Below, one piece after another: positions 16,686-32,036 of a stretch of 64,000 bases of DNA. Under the pieces are notes generated by a model. The model ran no database searches and was not told where the DNA came from. It saw nothing but the letters and a program-made list of their open reading frames with translations. The stretch comes from the human T2T-CHM13v2.0 reference genome, Homo sapiens. The position numbers were made by a program, and so were the translations under genes. Position 1 is the stretch's first letter; each line of letters starts with the position of its first letter. Location of the stretch: NCBI RefSeq assembly GCF_009914755.1, contig NC_060928.1, one strand, 5' to 3'.

Positions 16686-16992
16686 ATGGCCAACTCCCTC
16701 TGAATCCTGCAGATTGGTGCTGAGCACGCAACAAAAGTTTGTAGCTTCTCAGTTTCTGGTGCTTCGCAGGGGAGAGGAAAGGAATTTGACATTAAACACA
16801 AGAAGCAGTCAGGGAGCCATCTCCTTTAACTTTTCTTCTCTGTTACCATTTGCAATGAAGAGGAAACAGAAGAGATTTCTGCAGATGACTTTGTTGTTCA
16901 CGGTGGCTTTAATTTTCCTGCCTAACGTTGGTCTCTGGTCTCTGTACAAGGATAAGCACCTGGTGAAGTCAGCGGAGCCCGGGGAGCAGCAG
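16686..16992 (+). other. GALNTL6: GALNTL6 first coding exon (169 nt of 5'UTR plus 138 nt of CDS)
   Basis: Acceptor gcgtttgttctgcag|ATGG at 16685/16686 with a branch-like 'gtaac' at about 16663; donor CAG|GTAAGT at 16992. Confidence 0.8.
16855..16992 (+). CDS. GALNTL6: First coding segment (46 codons, phase-0 end) of polypeptide N-acetylgalactosaminyltransferase-like 6; the rest of the CDS lies beyond the window
   Basis: Translates as [46 protein letters not shown]: a basic tail followed by a hydrophobic signal anchor, typical of Golgi type II GalNAc-transferases and matching my recollection of the GALNTL6 N-terminus. Ends at a consensus donor CAG|GTAAGT (16992/16993) and lies next to a CpG island. 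Confidence 0.93.
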
Positions 16993-19900
16993 GTAAGTGC
17001 CACCCAGAGAAAGATCACAGAAGGATTGGTAAGGCAGTGATCCTCGCGCGGGGACTCGAGAAAGCCGGTGTGGGATCGCCTTGGGTTTTCCCCCAAGTCT
17101 TGACAGAGCTGATTATTACAAGACTCTAGAGACTTTGGGGTTTAAGCAAGTAGATGTTTTAAGATTGCAGCCAGTAACATCGTGACATGTACAACTAGTA
17201 AAGAAGGATAAGACAGGTCAAGAAGAAGAGAAGATAATCTTTCACCATTGGTCTTAGGTTGATTTTGACTTGAGGTGGATGAAAGGTAACTGTTCAGCTA
17301 TGGAGGTGGGAGTGGGTTTGGTGCAAGTTTAATGACAAGGATAGGTTTTTGCTTTCCATTTGGCATGCATGTCTATGTTCAGGTGAATTGGGCCAACTAA
17401 ATCATTAAGATTGTGAAGTGGTTCTTTAAAAATCAAGCTATGGTTTTCAGTATTTTGGTTGTAAATTTTGCTTAGCAACAGCTTTTTACCCTGTCGAAAC
17501 TTAAAGTCTCTCTTTCGTCTCCCCTGTTGCTAAGGTGCTGCCATGGGGCACACAGGCAGAGTTATTAAGGACGTTCATTCCGTTTCACAGTCGCTTGATA
17601 ACAGTATGTTGCTAACAGCTTGCTGTCATATTGGAAACACCCATACTAAAGATATGTAGTATAATATGTTTTCTTTCTACTTAATATGTAACTCATTAGT
17701 ATGTATATACCTCATGACTTAACATGGACCAAAATAACTGTGTTCCCTGGTGAACAATAATGCAAAATAGACTTCCCAAAATGTTGATGAAAATCAATGT
17801 TGTCGAATTCCTTGTTTGTTAATAAATAAAATAGCTTCCGTAATTAAACGTTTAACAACAGAATGCAGTCTTCTTCATGATATTGATAAACCACTTTTTC
17901 AGTTAGTCCTGTGCATCACCTTGGAATATTAATATTCTTAATTTCAAGGGTCATCACCCATGAACACTCTGTACCTTCCACACATAGAAAATGTTGAAGT
18001 AGTCCATTCCTGGAAAACAGCAATATATAGTAATGGCCATTAAATATTTGCTCTTATACTTAATGAAGTTTAATTTTCTTTTTGCACAGTGGTTAGTTGT
18101 GCAATATAAAGAGGTAATCTGCTTTTTCATTATGACAAGAAATCATTACCAGTCTCTAAACTTTAAAGAGAATGAGTTGTCCATGGATTTTTAGTGGATT
18201 GTTATTTCGAGGAAAAATGTTGACATATTTTCATTTAGTTGTTAATATTTATTATCCTTTCTAATAGGAATTCAACTTTGGTTTGAAGTATATTCTGTTT
18301 TGTCATTCCAGTGAAAAAAAGAAGATGGACACTTTGGATGTGAAACTTTTTTTGTTCTTATTTACATCATTCAACCCTTGATGTAAAACAGGATTTTAAT
18401 AACTTTAGTAGTCAATATGCTATTATGTAAAATCTCCACTCCATGCTGGTAAAACAGGAAAGGCAAAATTATTTTTTCTTGAAATTTGCTAATTCAATTA
18501 ACAATAACCATCTGAAGTATTTGCTGGTATAGCTAACATAAAGCGCTAATTAATTTTATTAATGAGATTCTTACAACTTTCACATTGACTCTATAATTTT
18601 GACCCTTAATGAGAAAATTGTTTGTCTAATAGCAGAAAAAAAAAACTGTGACAGTTTAACTCTCTGATCTGTCATTATAATAATTGACTGTTTCCTTATT
18701 TCTGGTTCTTCTGTAGTGCAAATGATACTTAATTTCAGGTAATAAAGTAATGGGTATAAAAGACATGGGGTGGCAAGAGAATTTTCGTATACTGTAGAAT
18801 AAATAACTGAAATTGATTGATATTGTATGACATTCCAGTTTAATAACTCTATGTAGAGGCTTTGAAACCAAGTGGGGAAGAAAATAAGCCCCAAAATGAA
18901 TGTCAGTCATCTACTTTAATATTACCTAAATAATGGTTTTAAAACTAATACTTTTTATAGATTAAAAAATAAAATTTAAAAGGTAAAAATTAATTGATTA
19001 CTTAATGAAAAATATAATTCACTGTAAAATAGAAACAGTTCATTTTCATTGGTTTTATTCTATTATTTATTATAATTAGAAGGAAAATTAGGATATGTTG
19101 TCCTCAATAAGCAAGTTTTGGGTAAGTAAGAGTTAAGTCATTAATATTGATATTGGAACAAATAAAAAGCAACTTTTAAAACATGCTTAATATTGTGATG
19201 TAATATTTGGCTAATGTATGTGTATATTGCAATGTTAGCAAGGTGGCTAAACACATAGGTTTTAAATTGAAACATAATTTGGCTACTGGGTAATATGTTA
19301 TTTCTATTTAGCAATTAATTTTTAAAGGACATTTTCATGGTTAATTGCTAAATGTTCCCCAGAACACATTTACTACTATACTTCTCCCCAAGTTGCAAAA
19401 TATTGAGGATGAAGATAATGTGCAGATCAAAGCACTGACAGCAATAAGTACTGAGGCTAGTCAAACAAGTCACATGCCCAAATGAGTGAACTATTTTTAC
19501 AGTACTTATGTGTAAAACAGCCAAGGGTTCTAGTTCTGAGTATCATGTGGTAGTGGTCATAAGAGCTGAAAAACTTGCACTGTTTTAAATAGTTTAATTA
19601 TTAGAAAAGGTTACAGGGAAATAATTTAATTTATGGAAATTCAAAATTATGGAATGGCTAATTCTTTTAAAATATACGTTATTTATATTTTAGCAGATGA
19701 TATCACTAATAATTTTTCTATCTAGTATTGAGTACAAATTGTACTAATTCTGCAATCTGAAGTAAATAAAATAAAGGGAAGTGAAACAGGAAACACTGAT
19801 GGGAACCATGTGGATTAATTTTCACAATGTTTAGTATTTAACACTTTTTTTCTCTAATCTACTGTCTGATTACACATTAATTGTTTGTATTTTCTAGACC

Positions 19901-22900
19901 TTCATTTAAAAATAATATTTAAGATAATTTTCTAATATTTTAAAATCTTCTGCATTTATGTTGCAGAAAATGAAACAAGGACGTAAAAATTACCAAGTTA
20001 TTTATTTCAAAGTTTTTCTTTTTCCTTTACTCTCAGAAAACCAAAGAGGATCGATATAACAGTTTTAATAACATGATACAATTAAAAGTTTTTTATGGTT
20101 TGGGATCTGCAAAATTGAAATCAAGTCACTGAAATAAATATGAAGTTTTTGAGATTTTAAGATTTTATAAAAATTATATTTTTAAATTTTTATTTAGATG
20201 TTACATTATTATAATTGTGATGTGTTATTTTCAATTGACTTAATTTTGTCTTTTTTTGTTATTGGGATGATATAAGTATCTCCTTTATGTCATTTAGAAA
20301 TATATATGTATATTAAAAGAATCTACTGATAATATATTTAGCTGAGAATGATTGCTATATAGTCATTGTAAAGTAATTCTTAGCTTCATTTTTCTGTTTA
20401 AACATTTGAAATGCTCCTCTTCTCTTGTTTCAGCTGTATTTGCATTAAATACCACTTACATATTTAGGTCATAAGCTGTGAGTTAGGATGATACATAGAA
20501 TAATACTATATTTTAGAACAAAACTACTATATCCAGTCTTATTGTATTTCTCTTTTCTTAATCACTTATTCAAGAATATGTGAAAAAAAATCTAGCACCA
20601 AATACTTTCTTTTCCTAAATACATTTTTAAAAACCCCAAATTCCAAAAAAAGTAACTGTAATAGTAGTTTAGCAAGTAACTTGGAAATAATATTAATTAC
20701 AGAAATAATTCAAGAATATTTAGAATATGAAGAGGATCTTGCAATTTTTTAAATAAAAATGAGGGCCAAAATCTTAGAATTTTAAAACAGACTTTCTCAG
20801 AACTGTTCAGAATGATTTTAGAAGCTTATATTGTCCTAGATTTTCTACCACATTAAAAAAAAAAAAAAAGCCTAGGTCCTCTATGTCTCTTTGAAATTGT
20901 GGAACCCTATTATTTATTTGAATTTCAGAATTTCTATTTTTAAAGTAGGACTCTTCGTGTGTGTCACATAACAAGATGAATAAAGTCCTGAGAGCTCACA
21001 CCTTATATATGGAAAATATTGTGGGGTAATGCATTGTTTCTGTCTTGTAAACTGTGCTTGACAGATATGTGACTTTACCTCCATTAAAAAAAAATTCTGA
21101 AAAGGATACCTTAGCATCTTTGTCTAATTCATCTAATGTTAATCAGCCCTACACTGCAGGGGAGCCTTCTTTTTGAACAACAATATTTTTTCCAGTGGCT
21201 TTTAAAACTTGTTTTATAACATGAAAATAAGAAAATATCAGATAATTGGTACCCAGTGTATGCAAACTGTCTTAGGCATTTTTTTTTTAACATGCTGATC
21301 ACTAAAGCTGTAAAATTTATGTCTGTGTTCCTTTTTTAGCAAATACCTTAGAATTTGGAAGAGCTAAGGACAGGAGGAAAAATTTACACCTACACTCAGG
21401 ATGGCACATTATCAATACACTAGATATGAAAGGACACATTAGTTTGAGCCACAGTGGTCTTAATTAGCTAAGATGTAGATTTTAAATTAGGGTTTTAAAG
21501 GACCGTTTCTGGAATTTATGGAAAATGCATTCAGAATCACTACAGGGTGGCACCACACGGAACACTGTAACAAGTATCTTAATTATTTGCTGTGACCTGG
21601 TAGATCACTACATGATTAGTTCATCACATTGCCCCATGGGAGACAGAGTGTGAAACACAGTCTTCTGTTCACAATCTGGTCAAAAAAATAAATAAATAAT
21701 TTTTCCCCTCTATTCATTTCTGAGTTGGACAAGCTGTGCTGAATCAATTAGTTTCCTATAAGTTTTCCCTGCAAAAGGAGCCAAATCAAGTTGGAATATA
21801 TAGGAAAAGGGTGAGAAAGGTTGAGTGGTTTAAGCGGTGTAGAAGAAAGGATTGAATTTTTGTGTTTGTTTGTCAGGAGTAGCCGTGACAACCCTTAGAA
21901 AGTTTGCAGCCATGTCTCTCCTTGCAACATTTTTATACAAATGAAAGACAGCTGAGGGACATCAACAATAACATTACAGGCAGAGATAAAACTTAAAATC
22001 ATGAGAAGGCATCAGAAGATGTAAGTGGAATATAGAATCAGACTTAGATATGTTTCGTGCATCATGTATTCCCATTTCTCCCTTGATTGGCTTGCTTATG
22101 GGGAAGAGTTTTAGCTCTGGAAACTTCGGATCTTTAAAACCATCTAAGGAGACCATGTTCTTTTCTTTTGCTCATATTTGCATGTGTTTACAAAATTACT
22201 GTTATTAAACAAAGGTGCAAGTGTGCAAAGAAATGGAAGGTTCTGAAGATGACAGTAAAGACACACTGTCCTAAACTTGCTCTCCTTATCACCTCACTGT
22301 ACAGCTAATGATTTCTAAATTATCTCAAAATGTAGTCGTAATGCTTGAATGGACAACAAAAAACAACAGATAAAAAACCTGTGTGCTATGGAAATATGTA
22401 CTTAGACACATAAAATATATCTATATAGGGTTCATTTAAAGGTTGTAAAGAAGGACAAGCATTCACAAAACTTCAAGGCATCATGACCTCTAACTTTCTT
22501 CACTAATGTGTTGATGTCTGTCACTGCTTAACAAGCAAAATGGCATCAGAAAGAGGGTGAACAAATAAAGGTATATTTAGGGCTAATGATGAATTCGAGG
22601 TAAAGCACATCAATGTTTCCACCAAGGTTTTTGCTTCCAGTGTGGTAGGGCAAAAAGATGTGAACTGAATTATTGGTACTCTCAAATTAAATGTATTCAT
22701 TTTATTAATTCATTTAGCAACAGACATACACAGGTACATATACCCATATCCGTAGTTTCACTTATAAAGAAAAATTAAATCCACCCAACTGTTTTGTTTT
22801 CTGCAATATTTTTAACTTCTGTGACTTTTTGTTTTTTCCATTGCTTTGAATCCACAATAGGTAGGTAGGAGAATTTGAAGCACCATTGAAATGAAGTATT

Positions 22901-23266
22901 CTAGAAAAGTATGCAGAAAGATAAAGAAAATGCATCCATCTCTAGAAGTGCTTACATCTACTTAGCAAGTGTGAAACTCACAATGAGGATTTAGCCTGTT
23001 AGTATGGCACAGATTATAAATAGGAGAGTCGCTGTTATAATGTAATATAATTAACACAATTGTTCTTGTTATAGAGCATGATAGTAGCTACCACCTGTCT
23101 TAAGGACTGGTGGTTTCTCAATAAGGGCTAAGAAGGCCAATTTTGAATTATTTCAAGTATTCAAATATTCATGGACTATGATTTCAATACTTGAAATCTA
23201 GAAATCCAGAGAAAATTATAATAATTTTGAATTTTTTCATTATATTAAAAATGACCAAATTGTTAG

Positions 23267-23619
<353 letters not shown>

Positions 23620-24589
23620 TTTTGCCCTTATTTCTGACATGTCTCCCCAGCTGGAAAATCCAATTGTACTTAAGGAGAAATATCAGAATTTCTGTAGTAT
23701 TGGGCCTTGTTCTCTTTTAGGTCAGAGTGTAGTCTCTAGAATCAAATTATTTAGGCTTAAAAATTCTGGCTTAGTACGTTGTGACATTTAAGAACTTATG
23801 GCTCTTCCCTGGATCAGTTTTCTTAATTAGTAAAATGCAGGTGATGATACCTTTTTTGTAGTGTTATAATGAGGATTAAACGCTTAGCATCTTTAACAGT
23901 ATATAACAAGGCTTAACGGATATATATATATATAGTTATTACACACAAGTGTTTATAAGCAATCATTGCCTTTACCAAGGTAATTAGTGTTTGTTTAATA
24001 AATATTTACAGCTGGCTTCTCTTTCAGAGGCATTGTCAAGACAGCACAGCAGAGCAACGTCACTGGTGTGTTGAATCTAGTAGGGAGGACTGTTGAATAA
24101 GCCAATAGAGTCTTAGAAACTAAAAGGGCATTTTTCTTAACATTTTGGATTTCATACTTAAGGATAAGTTGATAATTTTAATTTTTTTATTGTTTATTAC
24201 AAAAATTACTAAAATTAGTTCTTGATGTATTGTATTGAAAACTATCCAAAAGTTGAAGCTTTTAATAAAAAAGAAAAGAAAAAAGGCAATATTTCTTTGT
24301 AGTGACTACTGTCATTTCCTATAAAAATAAAGTCCATGAGTCAATATAAACATTTTTTTTTCTTCTTACTAATTACAGGCAAGAAACTGAGAACTACTTT
24401 TGTTGTTGCTGTTTAAATCTTGGCCATGAGTTTGGCTGGATTATTCGAGGAGAAAAAAAGTTAAAAAGTAGAATAAAAACTCTCAAAATCATTCAGCCAC
24501 TTTATGGAGTTAGCATTTTTTTCAGTAGAATTAGGGGACAGATAAAACATATTGCATTGTGCCCGTTCTTCTTATAAAAATTACACAGG

Positions 24590-24800
24590 GTTGGCATTAA
24601 GCAAAGGGGAGTTCAGATACTTCAAGTTTGTAGGTGGGCCTCATCCCTTACAGAAGTATGTAACTGTGGGCATGCTACTTAACATCTTTAAACCTCAGTT
24701 CCACACGTGGAAACACAAAAATTACCTCATAATAGGGTAGCTAGGAGAAATAATTGGATTGTATGTTTAAATTGCTTGGTACATGGTAAATAATGAGGGA
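24590..24800 (+). mobile_element. MIR fragment
   Basis: tgtaactgtgggcatgctacttaacatctttaaacctcagtttccacacgtggaaa core. Confidence 0.65.
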
Positions 24801-26341
24801 AGCTTTACAAATAGCAATCTATACTTTCTTGACTTTTTAGAACGTCCATTGAAGGTAGTAAATAAACTTAAATATTGTGTACACCTAAAAAAGATATAAT
24901 AAAATACATAAAATCTACCACTATCAATTTTTCTTTTATTGTTGATACCATATTTTTGGATATGCAATATGTGCACCATACTGGGATAGACCCAGAGGGA
25001 AATAAGCAATTAAACCATAAACCTGTTTTCAATTAACTTCGAATCTATTAGTTTAAAAAGGCATATGTACACTTTAATATAAGGCTGGATTACATGGCTT
25101 TACAATAAATACATGCTCAAATTATTTAGAGTTTAGAAGAGGTAAAAAATATGTAAGTTATTGTGTGATGATTGTATGTGGTCCCACTCTAAGTCGTCTG
25201 TACCTTTAGGATTTAATCGTCCACCAAATTCATTGACAGGTTCTTCTATATAACTGAATTCACAAGTAAGGAAGGCACAAAGACAGAATTTGAGTCCATG
25301 AGCTCTGGATTTATAGAAAAAGAAACTAATTGGCAATGTTAACAGCCACATTGTTTAAGGGTTTCAAGATGTCATTAGGCTTGATAATTTGTCCCTGGTA
25401 TTCTCTTGATTATAGTTACACACAATTGTAGAAATTTAAATAAAATTATACTAGATTAAATGGTAAGACTAAATATTTAACTAAAATATCTTATATTTTT
25501 AAGACGGATAATGGATACTGGTGAGGTCAGCATTGATGTAAATGGCTGGATGTGGGACCCTGGTTGGTAAGATACAAGTCAGGAGAAGGCTGATGCCCTG
25601 AGAGATTGAGGGGACAGTCCCAAGGAGAATGGAGGTAGTCAAGTGAAATAAAGCAAAGAGAGAAGCAGCAATGGTTATTATCCAAAAGGCAAATTTAGAG
25701 TCTGTGCTTTTAATAGTTTGAATGTTTCTCCTGGCAGAGATGTCTGAGATTTTTTTCCCATGCAAATATCTTACTACTTTAGAGAGGTAATTAAAAGTTT
25801 CTGAAATAGTCTATAAACTGTGAATATATATATATGTATATATATATACACACACACATATATATATATTATAGATGTCTTAGCTAGAAAGATGATAGAT
25901 GGGTAATCAGATATTTATTATAGTTTATATAATCTTATGAAAAAGACTGACGACTATAATACTGAAAGGAGATGTCAGGAAACCATACAGCCACCTTGTC
26001 AATAAGTAAGCAAGCTACCTGTCAACATAAATGCTGATGATGACCAGATACACAGAGTGAAGGAAACAAACAAATAAACAAGCAAGAGTGTACTTAAGCA
26101 TAGTATAGTAAGTGGGGATAGATGGGTGGGTGGTGGTACTTATTGCAACTAATATCCAGTTGCCAAAAAATATTAAGATAATATATTCATAATAAAAGGA
26201 TAAAGTGATTATAATAAAACAACAATAAAAGTAAAAATAAAAGTCCACATATTAATAAACTTTAAGGTCACATTTATTGAACTTCTAACATTTCTCTGAC
26301 ACTGTATTAAACTGCTCTTAAGTCCTCAACACAAATCCATT

Positions 26342-26372
<31 letters not shown>

Positions 26373-26554
26373 ATATTACTATCTTATATTACAAATGCAA
26401 AGAGATTTAAAAAAGTTGTCAAGGTAGTACAGGGATTTTTCTATCAATATCAACTATTGAGATTATATGAAGTTCACCATATATTACAACTGCATCGGAA
26501 ATATCCTAGGTCATTGCAACAAAAGAAATGGTATAATAATTTAACTGTGAAAGT

Positions 26555-26810
26555 CAATATGCACGGTGGTGAAGGGCATGGACACTACCTCCAGACTCCC
26601 TGGTGTTAGTTCCAGTTCCATTATTTAACTACTCAAAGACCTTGGACAAATTACTTATCTTCCCTGTGTCTTAGATTTCTCATTTCTAAAAAGAGTATAA
26701 AAAGAGTGTCTAATGGATTTAGATGGTGTAAGGCTTTAATAAGCTAATCTGCATAAAATGCTTAGAAAACTGGATTGAACATGATAAGCAATTTAAAATG
26801 TTATCTATTA
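26555..26810 (+). mobile_element. MIR element
   Basis: gaccttggacaaattacttatcttccctgtgtcttagatttctcatttctaaaa core and tail. Confidence 0.7.
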
Positions 26811-26924
26811 TTACTTGTTAGAATTCTAGAAAATTAAGATTGGAAAAAGAGAAAAAGCATGTTCCTATTATTACTTGTTAGAATTCTAGAAAGTTAAGAT
26901 TGGAAAAAGAGAAAAAACATGTTC
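26805..26924 (+). repeat. 60-bp tandem duplication (2 copies, 2 mismatches)
   Basis: ctattattacttgttagaattctagaaa(a/g)ttaagattggaaaaagagaaaaa(g/a)catgttc repeated twice. Confidence 0.95.
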
Positions 26925-29234
26925 CCACACACTTTCTTTCATGAACCATCATGAATATGTTTCCCTTTTTGGATACATTTTTGCATTTTTATTTTTATTT
27001 TTTGTTTCTAGATCCATCAATGCCTCTTGATATTTTTGCATTTTAAAGTAGTTTTTAAAAGTGTTTGAATCATGTTTAACTTCTTCTTTCACTTTTTAAA
27101 TTCTTGAGTAGCCCATACAGAAAATAATACGGCACTTGTTTCAGAAGTTTTTGTAACTTGAACCAAGGTCTCATGTGGTCCCACCTGTCAGAAGCAAATT
27201 AGATTTCAACAGAGAATGTAGCTCTTCCCAGAATATGCAATGAACAACGAATGCTATTTTGATGACCTTTCCCCTCATATTTTTAGTTCTGTTCTTACTA
27301 CATGGTGTTAATTTCTGAACATGTATTCTGCCCTCAGGGAAAAAACAATCTTTTAAATTGTGTCATTAAATCAGTCTAGTTGCCAAAGACAATTCTCAAA
27401 GAATGTCTTTAGGGCTGAATACTTTATTATTTCATCTAACTTGAGTTTTAACGTTGTTGTTTTGGTTGCATCCAACAGTCAGGTAGAATTGGAAAAATCA
27501 AGAATAATGCGGCTGGAGACCATAGTTGAGTAACTTGATGAAGGAAGTGCTTTCTCACGCCCTCTTCTAGTGCTTCCAAGAAACCAGCTGGCCGGAAAGA
27601 CAGGGGAATGGAAAGCTGTGTAAAATTAAGTGATGGGGGAAGATAAAAATGCTTCTGTTCCCTAGCCGAGTGAATTTTGCCATTTTTCAGATAGCCTAGC
27701 AGAATGGTGTCAGATTAACAACTATGTAATGGAATTGTCCCCCCTCTTAACTTACGTAGAAACTTTTAACTTTTCTTTCACAAGCCAAAGGAAATTACAT
27801 TTTTTTGGAAGATCTTTGGCATTCCACGACAAAGATCTTGAGTTCTAATATATGAAATACAGAGAGGAAAATAAGCATCAGGGAAACCAATAGATAGAGT
27901 TCAAGAAAAGTGCAGAAATATAAGCAAGTCTATCACTTTACACCTCTTCTCTCCTCTTCCCAACTTCTTAGAGCCTTTTCTTTTCCTCCTTTTCCTTTAA
28001 AAGACAAGTTTCACATACGGACTGATTGGATCAATTATTAGCCCGATGAATAGATGAAAGATGAGACACTTCAAAAACTTGAATCTTTTGCTTCGTAAAA
28101 AACATTCTGTTGAACATCACCGTGTTTCCAACTATTAGAATGTGTGTGATGTGAGAAATATTTTTCAGCTCAAGTCTTCTGCTATTGCTCTTTGTTGTCA
28201 TTGGTTTGTCTGTAATGCTGGGACCTGTCAGTTTATTCCAAACTACGCAACCAGAAAGTAAATATAGCTTAGTTGTGTCACCTTAACAGAAACAATCTTT
28301 CACAAGTTAAAAGTATAAACTGGTACAGTGAAACATAAACTACCTGAAAAGAATCATTCCACATTTTCCTATTCAGCTCTCTTCGTCGTTTTCGGAAACT
28401 GCTTTTTCCAATCTTCTTTCTCTCTTCAAATCTCCCGTGCCACCACCTCTTTTATTATGCTTGGTAGGTAGCCTTCCTTCATCTTTCACTGTGAGTATAG
28501 GATTTTCATTTGGGGAGAACCACGACTCATGTCATAAAACCAGAAAGCACTGCCATTTGCATGGGTGTTTTCCCAATTCTCTACTTGCCTCCTGTTACTA
28601 TGGAAAAACATCTCTAGCTTTAAGATAAATATGGAACCTCTATCCAGACTATGAATCACAACTTTCTTTAGGAACGTCCACATATTTTGTTTTTCTTCTC
28701 ATTCATTTATTTTCAGCCTTTTCCTCTCAAAACATCCCTCACAATAATATTTAAACATGCTGAGGTTTCTCCCCCTATTGGAGGGGGTAGGGGAGCCATT
28801 CCTGACTTTCCGTTTCTACCCACCTCAGGCTGAATCTGACTCCTGCTAATCTGCATTAACCCCTTTCGCCAATATCATCAGCAATCTCTAGTTAGTTGTT
28901 TCAAATCCGCATATCATTAGTCGTATTACTTGTTAGAAATTAGCTTAACACTCCTACGGAAAACGGTCTTCTTCATCTGAGAAGAGGTGGTGAGGTAGGA
29001 GATTTGAGGGGAGAAGGGATTGGAAAAAGCAGCTTTTGGAAGACAGAAAAGAGAGTAGAACAGGAAAACATCAAGTGGTGTGTGCTGGTAATTCAGGCTT
29101 CTCGGTGCACACCCCTATTTTAATTCTTCTGTCTTCACTGCCATTCCCAACCAACACCCATACCACGTACATTTACCAGTGTCCTTTACAGACTCCTACT
29201 TGTGTTCTTTTCCTAAAAATATGCTCATCGGGAG

Positions 29235-29705
29235 TGTCAACTTTAAATAATGAGATTCAGAAACTATTAAGTATAGAGTTTATTCAAATGCAAAACTTGA
29301 GAACAGCCACCTGGAAACACGGACTCCAAATGAATGGGATCAGTGTTCCAAAGTGGAGAAGTTAAGGTTACACTTTATATAGGCAGAGATAAAAAAGTTC
29401 CAACAAGGTCACATTTGCCATACAAGACTAGTGCATATGCCACAGCTATTTGATTGATTACAGACTGCTACATTACAAGGAAGATTACTTTATTACTCTG
29501 TGAATAGAGGCAATGATCTAAGGGGATCTTATGGCTGCCACTTAATTATTTACAGGAAATAATTAATTGGTCTTAATTATTTACAGGAAAAAGGTAGAAG
29601 TTGCAACCGCATGCTCTGTGACTCAGGGCGCATAGCCATACTCTTCTCAAGGCTCAGAAAATTTAAAGTTCCAACAACTTTAAGTTTGAATTATGTAATT
29701 TCACA
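29235..29705 (-). mobile_element. ERV1-class solo LTR (subfamily uncertain)
   Basis: TG...CA ends, 471 bp, 4-bp near-TSD ggag/ggtg, and tttatt (minus-strand polyA signal) near the left end. Confidence 0.65.
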
Positions 29706-30064
29706 GGTGTTTGTACAATTACTTCTTGTTCTGCACTCTCCCTGGGACCATCACTCACAAGCCTTCAGAATTTCAGTTATCAAATTTAGGTTGTTGACTC
29801 CCAGACTATTTTCTCTAATCCAAATTTCCCTCCTTACGATATGAACCACATATGAAGCTAAAATCTAGAAACAGATATTTGAAATTTTAGAAGTCTGAAA
29901 TTAAATTCCTTTCATTCCCTATACCTTTCCTCCTTCTCTGTATCTTATCTTATCTTATCTAAAGGAAGTAACCTGGATACTATTCCAGCGTTCAAGCTGA
30001 AAGGTGATCACTGTCTTCGGTACCTTCATTATCTTTACTCTCAGATTCAATTGAATGCTAAGTA

Positions 30065-31417
<1,353 letters not shown>

Positions 31418-32036
31418 TACTAGCAGTGCTTCCTACAATGTCTTTCTTGAATTCATCCACGTCTCGTTACACCCCTTGTGAGTGTCCTAGTTGGGATCAC
31501 CTTAAAAACTTTACTGGACTTCTGTGAGACACCCTCAGAAGGATACTCTGCCACCAGCTTGCTCTCAAGTTCACCCTCACAGCAGCCAGAGCTGTTTATC
31601 CAAGGTGCTTAACTGAGCAGGCTACTCCAGTCTTAAATCTCTTTATTGGACTCTTACAGCTTCAGATAAAAGCTTGGTTTCTTTGATACAGCTTACCCCG
31701 AGTCTTCTTGATATGCACCCACATCCGATTGATCACTATTTCACTGCCAAGACTCCCTAAGCCTCAACCATTTTGAGCTTCTTTTAGTTTCCTGGGAGTA
31801 TCATACTTTTTCCCCCTGGAATTTGAAGACATTTTCTCTGCAGTTTTGCCTGGTTAATTTCTACTTTTCGTCAAGCGGTCTCTGGGAAACTTTCCTAATC
31901 TCCCATGTTTGCATTAGATACAACAGTTTGATGTTATATCTTCTTTTTCTGCCCTTATAACGGTACTTATCAGTCTGAATATCAACTACCTGTTCAGGTA
32001 GTTTATTCTCTATTGATCAGTAAGTTTCTTAAACAT

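Noticed and set aside
16669-17040. 123-aa ORF taken as a complete gene
   Set aside because: It begins at a GTG in the intron's acceptor region and runs through the consensus donor. Only 16855-16992 is supported CDS.
26805-26924. CRISPR-like repeat
   Set aside because: Two directly adjacent copies with no spacer, in eukaryotic DNA, with no cas genes.
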